Position numbers and translations under genes: made by a program. From the NCBI GenBank assembly GCA_013239625.1, contig MU054120.1, positions 248,001-312,000 of the forward strand: a DNA stretch of 64,000 bases, read 5' to 3'. The notes under the pieces are model-generated. The model was not told where the DNA came from. It saw nothing but the letters and a program-made list of their open reading frames with translations, and did no database searches. The stretch comes from Lama guanicoe (lineage: Eukaryota). Shown here in pieces: positions 41,064 through 55,188 of the stretch. Numbering within the stretch: the first letter of the stretch is position 1; each line of letters starts with the position of its first letter.

Positions 41064-41212
41064 ATTTTGTAAAAAAAAAAAAATTTAATTTACTTAGGGA
41101 GAAGGTAATTAGGTTTTTACTTATTTATTTTATTGGACGTACTGGGGATTGAACCCAGGACCTTGTGTATGCTAGGCGTGCACTCTACTGCTGAGCTGTA
41201 CCCTCCCTCTCC
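41064..41212 (-). mobile_element. tRNA-Ala-derived SINE (camelid Vic-1-like) with target-site duplication
   Basis: GGTAATTAGGTTT...GTACTGGGGATTGAACCCAGGACC...CTGAGCTGTACCCTCCC, flanked by CAAAGACATT at 41054-41063 and 41213-41222. Confidence 0.9.
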
Positions 41213-42442
41213 CAAAGACATTCTAAACGAGGTTATTAAAATGCAATCCTTTGCATATTTCTGATACATGGGAAAAAAGTTTGTCCCAGGCAACAAGGAG
41301 TAAAGAAAACAGGGAAACTTTGAAAAGTTTCTCAATCTCTAGATCCATGCCTACTCCTTGGAAGATGATAGAAATCCGCAACATTGAGAAAGATTTCTGT
41401 TTCAAAAACAGTTTCTGTAGCCCAGTTCTTACACCAAAGTCAAATAAGCAACTGTCTGTTATTTGTGCCACATGGATTTCACAACTGTCTTTTCCACAGC
41501 ACGTACCATTGCATTGTTCCACTAAAATCACAACAGCTTGCAAAAGTTGAGATAAAATCTCAGATACTTTTATCTTACTCTCTGAATTTTTTGCCTCCTA
41601 ATTAATAGGACTAAAAGGATACTTTAAATGCTTTTGGTCTCTCAATGATTCTTCTCCATCAGTATAAGTCATGGGCCTAAACACTGGATTACCTGGTCAG
41701 ATTACCCGGCTGAAGTTTGGAAAAATTAAAGGAAACTCCACATCACTAACACACACATAATGTTTCCCCTTTTGTTCCTCTTCGCTCATTACCTAGATTT
41801 CACTCATGTTCTTACAGGTTGTTTTCACTCATCATCTGAAGAGAACAGATGAGTCCAAAGCAGATCAAAGCTCTATTTACTGGATTTATTTCTGTCCAGC
41901 CTTCCAGGAACGCACACTCATTGCTGGGGTACTGAGAAAATACACACGTTGCTTCCCCTGGTCCCTCAGCTGAATCTTTAACCCAGTCACTGATGGCGTG
42001 GGGGTGATGCCAAAGAACAGCACGCACCAACACAGCGCTAGCATCATCAAACACTCCAAGGGTGTGCAGAGCACATTCTAACAAGAACGATGCAAGACTA
42101 GGGAGCGTGACTTCAAGGATCCATCAAGGCTCCCACAGAAGCTCCCCGAAATTTTCCACTTAATGCCCTCCTAGCGACTGGAAAGATGCTAAGTGTAATT
42201 ATTATTATTTTAATAGCTTGAGAAATCTCTATTCCTTTCGTAATAAGAACTTCAGTAAAATCGAGGGTTGATAATCAACGTGTACCTACAGAAATGCTAA
42301 GGCAAATTAGCTTTGTGATTGCATAGGCTCCTCCCATTCTTAAAAACAACAGACAAAACAACTGTAATGAAAACGCGGGTGACTCCAAGACTTCTTACCC
42401 AGAGCAGGAAACAGCAGCCCCATCACAGAAAGCCCACCGCTA

Positions 42443-43086
42443 CGGCTGATCCCACTGCTCTTGGAGTCTGTATTTTCGAACTCGCCTACTGACTAAGATG
42501 TATGTGTAACCCCTCAAGTCAATATTCACAGTGCTTTCACAGCCATCCATGGAGACGTGCAGAGTGGGGACAGGCTGGAACCACCCGACAAGTATGTTCC
42601 CAGCTGCGGCCACACTAGGTGACACTCACCTTCCTGGTTCAGCTCTCATACTATAAATGAGCCTCCCTACTCAGTGCTACGCTTTCCACACTTTTGTAGT
42701 TTTTGTTGGGGATTTTTAGCGGTTTGAAGTGGCCTTTAAGCGTGCTGCTGAAGTGCTGGCTAGTGCTCCGGAACTCCAGGAGGCTGCGACGTGCCTTACA
42801 GGAAAAATACATATGCTACCTATTCTTCTTTCAGGCATGAATTACTTTGCTGTTTGCTGCAAGTTCAATGTTAATGAATCAACGATATATATTAAATAAG
42901 CTATCTTTACACAGAAACACAAAATAAAATAAGGTTATGTATTGATCAATTGACGAAAATGTGGGCAGTAGCTTGTGGGAACCTAACCCTGTATTTCCCC
43001 CAAGGAGCGGGAGGGCAGGGATCAATAATTCAGTGTCCATGGCAGTTTCATAGAGTGTAACTAATGCAAATAATGAGAATCGACTG
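42443..43086 (+). mobile_element. MER82-like TcMar-Tigger element, full length (about 645 bp)
   Basis: Colinear with the recalled MER82 consensus (TCGCCTACT..CTAA; GTGCTGAAGTGCTG; GTTCAATGTTAATGAATCAAC; GAACCTAACCCTGTATTTCCCC; GAGAATCGACTG); TA on both sides. Confidence 0.8.
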
Positions 43087-44321
43087 TATCTTAACATATT
43101 CCAGATTATGAATATTCTCCTAAATAGAACAAAAGTGGGGGGAGGACTCAGCATTGCGATCTTGGTATCCTAGATGCCCATCTTCCCATCTCTTCTCTTG
43201 CATCTTATGGACACAAAATATGTGGTCCAGGATCACTTCAGTGGGTTCTCGGCCATCAGCCACACCTGTCTCCAGCTTGCCCTCGTGTATGAATCACATT
43301 CACCTCCCTCAGGCTAGAAGAGCCCTCTTTAACTCTCCTCTCTAGGGCTTCCATTTATAGTACTTCTTCTGCTTCAAACACCCCCCTTCCTTTTATTAAG
43401 GCTGCATCCTCACCCTTCAAGTTCAATTCAAGAAATCTTTCCTGATCACAGCTGTGAGATCTGTTTCCTTTTCATACAGTTTCATGACAACTACTATGTT
43501 TCTTCACTCATAACGTATCGTATAATCCAACAAAGAGAGGTGAAAACATCCATGTCATGTTCCATAAGCACTTCCGTGTCTGATGGCTTTGTGTGACTTT
43601 CCAGTGCCAAGCCAGTACTTTGCACACTGTAGATGCTCAAAGTGTATCCGTAGGATAAATGAGTTTAGTCCCCAGTGATGACACTGGATTGCCTACACAT
43701 CCCCACCTCTGATGATCACAGATACTGTGCAAAACAGGGTAGAAGCAGCATTTCTGGCACAGCCGGGGGCCTCGTCTTAGGATCAGATCCATGAACCTCA
43801 CATCTGCATATATAACTCTAACCAGCTGAGCAAATTCTTGCTCAAGGACAGCCATCTAGATTAATCATTTAAAAATCTCTCTGGAATAGAGCAATTATTC
43901 TGCCAAAGCCACTACTGTTGTAATAAACAAAGAAATATTCAGAGAATATTTCCAATTCTCCAACATAATCCATCAAACTTAAGTCACACATGGCGTATGA
44001 ACATATGAAATTAAATTTTTATTCTAACACCCTTTAAAAATAGTTAATGGAAAAAAAAAAACTGTTGCGTATCCCCAATCCAAATACAAACGTGGTTTGA
44101 CGGGGCAGAGAAGGGCTCCTGCTTTGAAAGGAACATCCGCAGAAATAGTCTTCAAATTAACCAACATAGTTCAGGAGTTGATTCCATGCTAGACCTCGCC
44201 AGGACCTTTCAGAAACTCAACCCCACATATATCTGCCAGCGATCTTTTCTAGTTAGTTAAAGAAGAAAGCATTTGACAAGGACATGAAAGTAACTCACAG
44301 ATTATACGAGAGGATCAGAAA

Positions 44322-44705
44322 CAACAGGCTTGGATGTTGCCATAAACAAAACACCACAGACCAGGTGCATTAACTGACAGAGGCACAGTTCTCACAGCTC
44401 TGGAGGCTGCAAGTCCAAGGTCAAGGTGCCAACCAGTTTGATGCCTGGTGAGAGCTCACCTCCCAGCTTGCAGCCCAGCTGCCTTTCTTGCCGTGCCCTT
44501 AAACGGACTTTCTTTGGTGTCCATGGTGAGAAAGAGATCTGTCTCTTCCTCTTCATATAAGGCCACCAATCCTACTGGAGTAGGACCTTGCCCTTATGAC
44601 CTCATTTAACCTTAATTACCCCCCCAGAGCCGTATCTCCAAATACAGTGAGATGCAGGGGTTAGAGTTTCAATATATGAATTTTGTGGGGAGACACAAAT
44701 CCAAT
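44322..44705 (-). mobile_element. MaLR solo LTR (MLT1B/MLT1A-like)
   Basis: TTCTCACAGCTCTGGAGGCTGCAAGTCCAAGGTCAAGGTG...ATGACCTCATTTAACCTTAATTAC...TCTCCAAATACAG...ATATGAATTTTG..GACACAA. Confidence 0.85.
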
Positions 44706-45844
44706 GGACTGCTCCAGCAGGCATACCGCTGTTGCCACCAACGGCCACCTACTCGACAGCCTATTCCACAAGCCCCACTGACTCCGAACATGGGCACCGC
44801 TTTGGTGCTGCTTTTGGATCACGGATGATCTGTACCCATCTCCTGACTGTGTTCTTTGGGCATCTGTTTCTTCACATCAGTAGTTTCTGAATCAAACCTG
44901 GCTTTGCTGCGCTGGGTGGATGGAGCCTGGCTGCCCTAGGTGTAAGGAATTCTAGGAAAGTACATTTCTGGCTTTTTACCTGGGGAGGCAGGAAACCACT
45001 AAAGCAGGAATGCCCGAATACAAGATGAATTTTCAGGGGGGCCGGTATCTGATGGCCCAAAAGAAAGATAGATATCCGCTTCACCACCTGGACAGCACAG
45101 GGCACAGAGGGAATGCCACAGCGAATATGAGCAAAGGCCACAGCATTCCTTCAGAACCGAGTACTGACCTATTCATTTCTTACTTTACCCTCTGTTTCCA
45201 AGCCTTACTGGCACGATTGCTCTAGTCAGATTTACCATCTTGCTTGAACCTAATCTGCGGCTTCATTTTCTAATAGCTACTAGCAAGACAACCATGAACC
45301 AAACACTAAACATCCCCAAGCATGAAGCCCTACCTTATGCCCACCATAACTGTTTATTCCTGACGGCAGCCCTGATCAGTAAATATCACATGCACATACA
45401 CATATATTTTTTCCTTTTGTGATTTTACAGATGGCAAAGCTGAGGCTCCAAGGTCAAATGCGTGGCCCAAACAAGGAGGCCGCAAAGCCCACATTTCGTA
45501 CCTGTTACTTTGGGGCTCGTTACTTCAACGGCCATGTTCTGCCTCTCACTGGACTACTGAACCGTTAATAAACCCTGAGACCCCAGGACTTTCCATACTC
45601 AAGGGGCCAACTCTCGTCAGGTACAACCGAGTCCTCTGGCTGGCTGCGAAGTGTTATGTTGCATGAAGCAATCCCAGGGTCTAAATACAGTAAAGGCATT
45701 CTGACATGTATCTAGTTAGCTACTTAGCTGTAGAGAAATTATCTAAATGTAAAGTTACTCATGAGTGATTAGTAAAAGTTTTATTCTTGGGGAATCGTAT
45801 GTTAGCCTATTTTAAAAAGAGTAGAGTCGTGAGCACTTACTGTT

Positions 45845-46325
45845 TTGTCTCCTCAAAAGCCGTCCTTCTTCTGGGAAGAGCGCCTTCCTTCTTTTGGGGA
45901 ACTGCGCCTTTCCTACACCCAATGTAGAGTTCCACTCAGGCTGCCAGTGTTGGCTCCTCATCCACCCACTGCCCACAAGAGCAGATGCAGGGTAGGTCAG
46001 ACCCTAGCAAACTTCCCTGGAATTTGTCAAAGTTACTGGGGAAAAGGGGGAGTCTCTTTCACGTCAAAATTGAGATGAAATATGAGACTGGGATGCTGGT
46101 AATTGTCTTCCCTGTCTCAGGGAGAGGGGACAAAGCTACCCCGACTCGAAGAAGCAGAGGGGAGAGCGCGATGTGACAGGGAGATGGTAGCTGTGTAACC
46201 ACTGGTGCTAGCTGACCTGGAAGGCTGGTACCTGGGCCCCTCTGCTGGTCTGCATGCAGGAATGTTTCTCTTAAGACCGCAGGTTTGAATCAGGTTTCTG
46301 TCATTTGCAATCAAGACACATCTGC
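45845..46325 (+). mobile_element. Old MaLR LTR (MLT1K/L-like)
   Basis: Degenerate; the 3' end TTTGAATCAGGTTTCTGTCATTTGCAATCAAG is typical of MLT1J-L. Confidence 0.45.
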
Positions 46326-47974
46326 ATAAAATATGTAATTATGTAAAAGTACATTTTAGAGAAATTTTTAAGCCAAAAACCAGGATATTCTTACTCTTGC
46401 CAGGCTGTAAATTAATAAGTAGGTTCTTCTCACGTCATAAGTAAAACCCTCACTGTCTAAAGCACACACATCAAAAAGGATTTCCATAAAGTTTCTTAAA
46501 TTTTTTCCTGCTGAAAATAACATTTAGTAATGATCCAATAGGCCTGGATTTTCAGCCTTCCTTAGGGGAAGTATCTCTTTGAACAGTTTCAAAGCACTAA
46601 GCAAACCCGTGATCTGCCCTTGATTCCTGCCACCACCACCCCCGTCTTGGGAGGGGCAAACTGACATCTAATCACAGACAGTTCCACGGGTATTATGCGA
46701 GCCCAATTTCTGTGCCTTCAGGTGCCTGCCTCTCACTTTTATTCCCACGAAAATTGGCCATGATGATTTCCGCTTATGATTCCTTTCTCATCTGAGATAT
46801 AGAGGGCTTCCTCTTCTCTGACAGAGAGCTGAAAAAATAGCACGTGCCCAAACCTTCTCAGGACATAAGTTCAACGACCAAGGGCGGCCCATGTCTGTTC
46901 CAGCGTTTAATTACAATTTACATAATTTATATTGGAGTTACAGGGCAATCGAGGCTTTTGGTTGTACTGATCAGTAAAATCTAGGGTTTTTTTTGCTGCC
47001 TAACAGAACTGCAAAAACTTAATAAAAATGCCTTTCTGACTCATTCAAAACATAAAGTGGGCCAAGGATCTTCCCCTTGTAACCAGGTCACATGAAATAA
47101 AGCTGATGCTGTGGAAAAGGGAAAAGGGGAGCCGCCTGCCAGCTGGAACTGCCTTGCCCAGGTGTCCAGGGACCACATACATCCTTCCTCCCACATTTCA
47201 TTGGTCAGAACTAGTCACTTGTCCTCAACCTGAGTGCAGAGGAGCCGGAAGACATTCAACTGCACATGGAAATCTGATGAGCAAAGTGATTTCTGCCACA
47301 CTGTCCCATATTTCTTAGGAAGACTTGAGCAATTTCTATATTAATGGATGAAAAAAATCCACCATGGAGCAGGTATAAGAAGTACACAGCCTGCTTGCAC
47401 AGGGCTGTCCGAGTGTACCCGGGTTTTCTAAAGCTATATGGAAAGTCCTAGGTATCTCAGTCACAGAGATGGAATGAACTTTTTTTTAATTGCTGCAAAG
47501 ATACAGAACAAGATGAGTTACTTTAATAGCCTCTCTCATTCTGCAAAAATATTTACAGCACAAAGCAAAACATTTTGACTTAAAAAGGAGCAGAAAAATA
47601 CACATTACATATTATGGGCACTGACCTCAACCTCTCTATGCCTAAAACCTTTTGCTTGTTGGCCTCCAGTAAAATAAGCTCAGTGATCTAAGATTGGGCC
47701 CCTTGTGTAAAGCAGTCCATCATAAAACCATCACCCTTACTTTAGCACAATCGCAGTCACTGCTCACAGAAATCAGAAGAGTGAGTTACCATGGCGACAA
47801 AGCCAACTTTCCTCTTCAGAATGGCTGATACTTCCGAGTCCTAGCAGGTACTACCAGAGAAGGAGCACGAGGTATGCACAGAGACCGGCAGCCCCGAATC
47901 TGGATCCTGTCATTGTGTAGCTAAGCGTGTTCACATCGTCTTCTGGTACAGTAACAAAGACACACGTTGCACTG

Positions 47975-48500
47975 AAGGATAATCCTGCGTAATCACTGTT
48001 TACAAAATAAATCCCTATATCCATCTAAGCCATGTGGAAAGTTTAAATTGTAATATGTGGTCTACCGCTAATTAGTGCTTTATTAATGGGGGGACCGCTC
48101 TGCTTGACCTATTTGCTGAAATTCGGCGGCGCTCCAGGAGACCGTATGGATGGCCAGATGGGCTGCTGTAATTCAGTGCCATTATTCTAAGGATGAAGTA
48201 AGGGATAAACATAATTTGCATTCTTTTCCATCCTTCCTGCATACCTTTTATTAGTTTCATTTTTAATGCAGACATCAGAAGGGAAGCTAACACCTTGCTA
48301 CCAAGACCCAGATGCCAACTAATTACTAGACGAGACCCCAGCCCTGACATCACGGGCCAGGCGTCCAAACGCACTGCAGCTCACCCAGTGGCCCCCTCCC
48401 CCGTGGTGATTAATAGGCTGAGTGCTAAGCCCTAATGAGTGTGTCAGATCTTAGATGGTCTCTAGGCTAATGTAATTAGCATTATGTTAAACAGAGTATT
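47975..48500. promoter_or_regulatory. Candidate conserved non-coding enhancer (homeobox/POU/FOX motif cluster)
   Basis: No recognisable repeat. Contains TAATCC, TGTTTAC, CTAATTAG, ATTTGCAT, TAATTA and TGATTAAT. Confidence 0.4.
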
Positions 48501-48699
48501 TCAGTTACTTGATAGAGAGACTCATTATAGTTCATGGTAAACTTTATGCTTTTTTGCGTTATGGCCTTTGAATTTCCTTTATAATTATCAGCCTAAAAGG
48601 CCTCTATAAATAGAGATCTTTCAAATTATTAGATAAAGATTTAAATATTTTTAAATCAAATATTGATTTGCTTCTACTACAGGAATCCCTATGTTACAC

Positions 48700-48865
48700 A
48701 TAAAGCGAAGTTTGGAGATATTTACAAAAATGCAAGTTTCTTGGCTCTACAAATTCTGGTAAAAGGGGCTTTGGAATAAGATCCAGGACTCTGCATTTTT
48801 AACAAGAGACCCATGGTTCCAAAGCAGAAAAATCTGTGGACCATACTTGAAAAAACACTGCCACT
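48700..48865. mobile_element. MER5-like hAT element
   Basis: AAAATGCAAGTTTCTTGG...CCAGGACTCTGCATTTTTAACAAG...TGTGGACCATACTTGAAAAACACTG. Confidence 0.6.
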
Positions 48866-49679
48866 TTGGTAATAGGACCAATGTCTGTGTCTTAGATTAA
48901 TTGAACCTATTAGATTTTCTGTTCTAAATAGTTACCATGTTTCTGAAAAAAATTATCTGCACCTGTATAAGGGGACATGCTTTCATATTGAGATTACACT
49001 TTTAAATGTGCCAATATTTCTTGTTAAAAAGATGAAAAATGAATTATCAAGATAAAATATAGATGCTATTTCCAACAAACCATGTAAGTGTATGAGCATC
49101 CGTTCAACAGTGGACGTGGCCAGTCGTAGCATTTCTACCCAGTGGGCAATGGATCTGGAATTACTTTTCCGGTCTTAAGGGAAAGACCAAAGGGTAGCAG
49201 ACTCCCACCTTTCCTCCGTGGCCAGAGATGATACACTAAACGTCTCAGCCCTGACGACTCTGATGATCAAAGGACTGTAAGCATTTCCCCACTGCTTACT
49301 TGGGTATCAGCAAGGTATTCCCATCATCTGGTACTACCTACTGAATATTTTCATATGTTTAGCATTCTTTTCTTAAAACAACCAGATACAAAATCCTTGT
49401 GAATCTGTAATTTAGACTTATTTTATTCCTCTTTTCCCTAAACATATTAAGGTCATTTTTTCCTCAATTGAGAACTATTTTACCAAACTACCCTTTTCTT
49501 GATGAACTTCAAAAAGAGTTCTTTCTCTTCTGTGTTTTTTTTTAATGTATATGGTATGTATTAAAAACAGGAAAATAAGAGCATAATAAAGTAAAAACAA
49601 CTATTTAATGATAAATATATATGATGGATATTTACTTATAATCTGATACTGGGATTTATTGGTTTGAGAAAAGCCATTA

Positions 49680-50175
49680 TACCATTCTTCATTCCAAGCC
49701 TCCTTTTAGATCCAGCCAGGGGGTGAAGAGCTGTCCCATGACCACGGCAAGTCTACAAACACATCCTGCTTTTGTTGGATGGGGAATGGTTACTGGGGTA
49801 TCAAGCTCTGTCTGAGACTCGTTGTATGTTATCCTATTCCATCTCTTCCTCTAGGAAGGCTGCATGTCCCAGCAACCCCACCCCTGCCTCTAGGGAGGGC
49901 AGTGTTCCATTTCTGACCAATGGCATGTGTGCAAATGTTGTGTAACATTTCCAGACCTGGCCCCTAAGATACCCAATATGATCTTCCACACCATCTGTGT
50001 TCGTTCTCTGTCCAGGCAGATGGAGCTGATTTAGGGAAGACCACAAAGCCTTAGGTGATGGCACAGCCACTAGATAAAACATTACTTGAAGTAAAGTTGA
50101 TACACTAATGAATACAAGAAATCAACTTGTACTCCCTTATGACCGTGGGACTTTGAGGCTGTTTTTCTTGAAATA
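49680..50175 (+). mobile_element. Old MaLR LTR (MLT1G/H/J-like)
   Basis: Degenerate motifs (tctgaccaatggcatgtgtgcaaa; gatggcacagccac; aagaaatcaactt). Confidence 0.4.
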
Positions 50176-50949
50176 AATAAAGTCAATTAAGACTTGACTT
50201 ATTGAAAAAATTACACAAATTGTTGTTGCTTACAAGTTAGCCAACTATCAATTCAACAGAAAATTACGAATGTATAGGACCTGAAGTCCAAATTCAAAAG
50301 ACTTATACAAATTCACTAGACGAATATGTTTCAGTTGTATCAGAGAAGGGGGAAAAACACATACCCTAAATTCAGTACATTTTGGAGCTTAGGACAAGAT
50401 GACTTTCTGTGCTGCTCTAATAAAACATTATTAAAGAACATATGACCCATGGGACAGAGGAACAAGACCCAGGGCACAATATCTACTGTTTCTACAATCA
50501 TCAAAGATAACACAGCAACAACCCCTAAAGCACTGTCCAAAGGAGAATCTCAGAAAATGTTTTCAAAGCAGAATTTTTCACTGACATACCCAAATAGCAT
50601 TTTAAAGGTACCTTTTGGTACTGGAACAAAAATGCATCAATTTAACCTAACCAAAAGGGAAATGGAGTCATATACTGGAGAAAATAAAATCACTGACACA
50701 CAGAAAGTGGAAGACACCCACCCTCCCACCCACACGCACACACACACACACACACACGCAGGATTACTGGAAGATCAGTTTTTATCTTGGTAGTACAATA
50801 AAAAGACAATACCCTGAAGAATAGTTATTATGTCACTAACAAATGACCTTAGTAGGGGCAGCATATGAATGAGGTCTGCAGAAGGCCGTGCACAGATCTT
50901 TCTCTGTCACTTTCTGGAGGTAAAGAGGAAGATCAGAGAAAGGGAAGAG

Positions 50950-51165
50950 AGCTCAGTGATTAAATGTTTGGGGTCTCAGTTTCCACCCGCCACTAATGAG
51001 CTGCTTGACTTGGTAAAAATATTTCATGTGTCTATTTCCTCAGCTATAGAATGGAGAGAAGATAACATTTCCTTCACAAAACGTTGAAAGAATTAGGTTA
51101 TATGACACAGAGCAAACATTTAGAGAAGCCTTAGCTGAAAGTAAACGCTAATACATATTGCATAG
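50950..51165 (+). mobile_element. MIR SINE
   Basis: GCCACTAATGAGCTG..TGACTTGGTAAA...TTTCCTCAGCTATAGAATGGAG...AGTAAACGCTAATA. Confidence 0.6.
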
Positions 51166-52022
51166 TATTCCTAATGCCATCCTCATTACTATGAGCCACA
51201 CTACTCTCGCCTGTAAAGTAAGACATCGCAAGGTGATCTGCATGATTTCTTTTATATCCTGAGTCTTTTATACACCTGTCTCTTAAAGTCAAATATCCAG
51301 TTGAAAAACAAAAACTCTAAAATCTAAATATTTTAAGTCATGACTGTAAAAATCTATAGACAGTCTCTCTGCTGTGGGGACTGATTTAAAGAAGATGTAA
51401 TAATGTATGAACAATGCCAATTTTTTTAACAGTCAAAAGTAATGTAGTACTTTGATTTATTCATTCTCCCTCATGAATCATACCCTAATTTGAACATGGA
51501 ATGTAACAAGATAATTGTCAGGCAACCATTTAAATTAAAAAAAAAATGTCATGTTTAATGAGTACTGCAGAGATAAGGAATTATTTAATTCACCCAAACT
51601 GGAATGGATGCACAATGTACATGATAACACTCTATTTCTGCAGCTTAAAATCACTTTTGAGGCTTACAGATTGTCAGCAACTTGAGTTTTACCAATTGTT
51701 CTAATGGTATAGACTTTATTGCAAATTAAATTATGGAAAAGTGCCTCCCTTGAAAATTCTGTAATTTAGTAAATCTCAGTTCATGCAAAGGCAGCCTCAT
51801 TCAAACATATACTCCAGCAAGACTCAGAATGAAGTGAATAGTTCAAGATGCTGAATTACTAAAATCATTAAAAATTCAGCCCTAATTATATTTTTGGTTG
51901 GTTTTAAGTGACTACAATATGAAAACAAGTCTTTACTATGCCAAGACACTACATGTAAAACACTGTGGCACGAAGGAATGATTTTCTTAAACCAGAATTC
52001 TATTTAGTCCAAAGATCCTTAC

Positions 52023-52239
52023 CTCCTGCATACATAACAGCCAGCATAATGGAGGATATCCATGCTATTTCACTGTAGGTAGTGTTGAATATTTGCTGAA
52101 TTTCTTTGAAGAATACTGTCACGGCTTTGGGAAATGCATATGAAAATCCAATGGAGATAAAAGCTGCTCCGACCACTACCCAGCCCCATCCTCCGTCAGG
52201 AGGTGGATGCAGTGGTGGGGAACTTGCTGCTGGTGGCAT
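52023..52239 (-). CDS. SLC16A7: SLC16A7/MCT2 coding exon 1 (217 nt; [20 protein letters not shown]...FPKAV...VMYAG)
   Basis: ATG at 52239-52237 in context GCAGCAATG. Contains the SLC16 N-terminal signature PPDGGWGW and K38 in FPKAV. Donor GTAAGG follows 52023 (phase 1). Confidence 0.97.
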
Positions 52240-52269
52240 TGCTGCTCCCCTATTTGAAATTCAAGTGAC
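52240..52269 (-). other. SLC16A7: 30-nt 5' UTR part of the first coding exon
   Basis: Polypyrimidine tract plus acceptor TTTTTTTAATATAG|GTCAC at 52271-52270, implying upstream non-coding exon(s). Confidence 0.8.
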
Positions 52270-53800
52270 CTATATTAAAAAAAGGAAATAACAGTTTGAA
52301 CCCTGTTTCAGTTTTCACATATCACTCTTGATAGTTACACAAAGAGTATTTTCCAGTTATAACTACAGCTATATAATTTTTCATAAATATTTTTTACTCT
52401 AGAACTCAAACTACCAGAAAATGTACCAAAACACTAGAGTGACGTATGTAACTTTGTTATGAGCTAAAAATTAAAAGCATTTAATTTGTTTACAGAAACA
52501 AATGTGACTCAAAGAGAAGTCAGGAATTCAGATCTGTACTAAAGTACCAACGAATAAAATAAAAGCTATCTCAATCAGATTTTTAAGATAAATGGAGCTG
52601 TCATCACTTAGAATAATTTCTTAATCCAAAATATTTAAGATTTTCTATACAAAGGTTAAAAAGATCATATATTAAATCTGACAAATTTTAGAGCGTTCCA
52701 TAGTAAGCATATTTTAGAATTTTTCCATTTTCCATAATTGAGACTGCTTAAAAGAGACCTATTTTCTAAACTTACAGGATTAGAAATTGTACGGTTCTAA
52801 TGAGTTAATTTTAATGCACTTCCAAAACTGGTGCTACCTATCATTTTATAAATGATACATTTTATGAATTCTTCATAGCAATGAAATGCTCCCAATCAAA
52901 TGGATGGCATGCTATTTTTTTAAAAGAAAGGGACCTTCTTTTGGGATCTGGCTAGGAACACTTAACTGCCAGCTTTCTGGTCTGGAGTCCCCACTCTCCT
53001 GTGTAAGAAATGATCACATATAGCTTAATGCAACTGAAAATAGATGAAAAACATCTTGCTTCTCTCACATCCGCGTTTCTTTGTAGAGCGAGGCTGCTTG
53101 CTTGGCTTTTAGCTTTAATCGCTGGTATTTCTCAGTATCTTCTTTTTACTACTCTCATTCCATCTGAGGGGATTTTTCAGTTGAAATGTAGAGGAAAAAA
53201 GAAACGCTTGAGTGTTGGTAAGATAACACTGAAAATAAGCTAAGAAAAGCTAAATTTGCTGCTAATTTAGAAAACCAAAAAAAAAAAAAACCCCAAAAAA
53301 CCAAACAGTGCTCTATGAAAACAGACGTTTAATAAACGTAGAGACATTTAATCTTTCTTTAATGTCAAATTTTATCTAAGATATTTTCAGTGGTCTTCTA
53401 TAAGCACTTTTTAGATTTTGAGTGAAAATATTCTCTGAAGTTTTCTAATGTGTCCACAGTTACAACCAATGCCTTTGCTTTCAGAAACTCGCATAGGCAA
53501 AATGATAAAAATGAAACTTGTAACAGAGCACTGGTTCCCTAGGATAAATACTGTGACAGTGAGTAATAGAATGGAATTAGCAATGTGGACAACTGTGACC
53601 CTCACTCTTTTTCGGAATGTTAATTTTGGCAAATACACTTAAGACTTTTTTACATAATATTTTACAGTATTTCATAGATGGAAGGAAATCAGTATAATCT
53701 GCAAGCGACAGGCAGGGCTGAAGATTAAAATGCTTATTTTACAGTATGTGAGTCAGGCATATCTGCAAGGAAGTTCTCAGACATTCAATTGTAATCACCC

Positions 53801-55188
53801 TTTTTTTGAGGTTTTTTCCCAGCTTTATTGAGGTCTGATTGGCAGACAAAATTGTAATATATTTAAAGTGTGCAACATGATTTGATATACGTATACATTA
53901 TGAAAAGATCCCCACCCTCGAGTCAGTACATCCATCACCTCACATATGCACCTTTGTGTTGTGTGAACAAAGCTCTACTCTCTTAGCAAATTTCAGTTAC
54001 ACAGCACAATGGTATCACTATAGTTACTGTATCACACATCAGATCCTGAGCACTTACTCGTCTTCTAACTGAAAGGTTTTAGCCTTTTACCAACCTCTTC
54101 CCATTTCTGAACCCCTCAGGGCTGGCAACCACCGTCTATTCTTTGTTTCTGTAAGTATGATTTAAAAAAAAACTCCACACCTAAGTATTACCATGCAGAA
54201 TTTGTCTTTCTCTGTCTGGTTTATTTTGCTTAGCACAATGCCCTTCAGATTCATCCATGTTGTCCTGAATGGCAGGACTGAATTCGTTTTTAAAGCTGAA
54301 TAATATTTCATTCTGTGTGTGTGTGTGTGTGTGTGTACGTAACATATATAAACTTTTTTTTTTAATGCATCCATCTGTTGATGGACACCCAGGTTGTTTC
54401 CATATCTTGGCTGGCATGAGTAATGCAGGAGTGAACGTGGAAATACAAATATCTTTTCAAGATGATGATTTCCATTCCCTCCCTTTGTATGTAGACCCAG
54501 AAGTGGAATTGCTCCATCATATGAGAGTTCTAGTCTTAATTTTCTGAAGAACCTCCACACTGTTTTCCACAGAGACTGAAAGTTTACACCCCCACCAACA
54601 GCATAAAAGGGTTCTGTTTTCTCCACATCTCCACCAGCATTTGTTATTGCTTGTTTTTTGTCTGTTTTTTTTAAATAATAACCATTCTAATAGGTACGTG
54701 GTAATATCTCATTGCGGTTTTGACTTTCTTTCCCCTAATGATTAGCAGTTTAAGCGCCTCTTCATGTACCTATCGGCCTTTGGTATGTCTCCTTTAGAAA
54801 AATGTCTACTCAAGTCCTTTGCCCATGTTAAAATTAGGGTGTTTGGTTTTTCTGCAACTAAGTTGTATGAGTTCCTTGCGTATTTTGGATATTAACCTCT
54901 GTCTGGATATATGCTTTACAAGTGTTTTCTCCCATTTCATAGGGTTGCCTTTTCATTTTGTTACAATTTTCTTTGCTGTACAGAAACTTTCTCGTTTGAT
55001 GTGGTCTCACTTGTTTATTTTTGCTTTTGTTGCCTTTGCTTTTTGATACCAAATCCAAAAAATCACTGCCAAGATCGATGTAAGGAGCTTGCCTTCTATG
55101 TTTTCTTCCAGGAGTTTTATGGTTTCAGGTCTTATATTCAAGTCTTCAATTCATTTTAGGTCGATTTTTGTGTCTTGTGTAAGACGGG
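53801..55188 (-). mobile_element. 5'-truncated L1 (L1MA9-like 3' UTR plus degraded ORF2 3' end), sense to SLC16A7
   Basis: CAGCTTTATTGAGG 3' end. ORF fragments 54162..54626 (WKTVWRFFRKLRLELSYD; WMNLKGIVLSKINQ) and 54858..55058 are L1-like. Confidence 0.92.

Noticed and set aside
52240..52260. Second AG (CAAATAG|GGG) as an alternative acceptor 10 nt before the ATG
   Set aside because: Poor polypyrimidine tract compared with the 52271 acceptor, and it would not change the protein.
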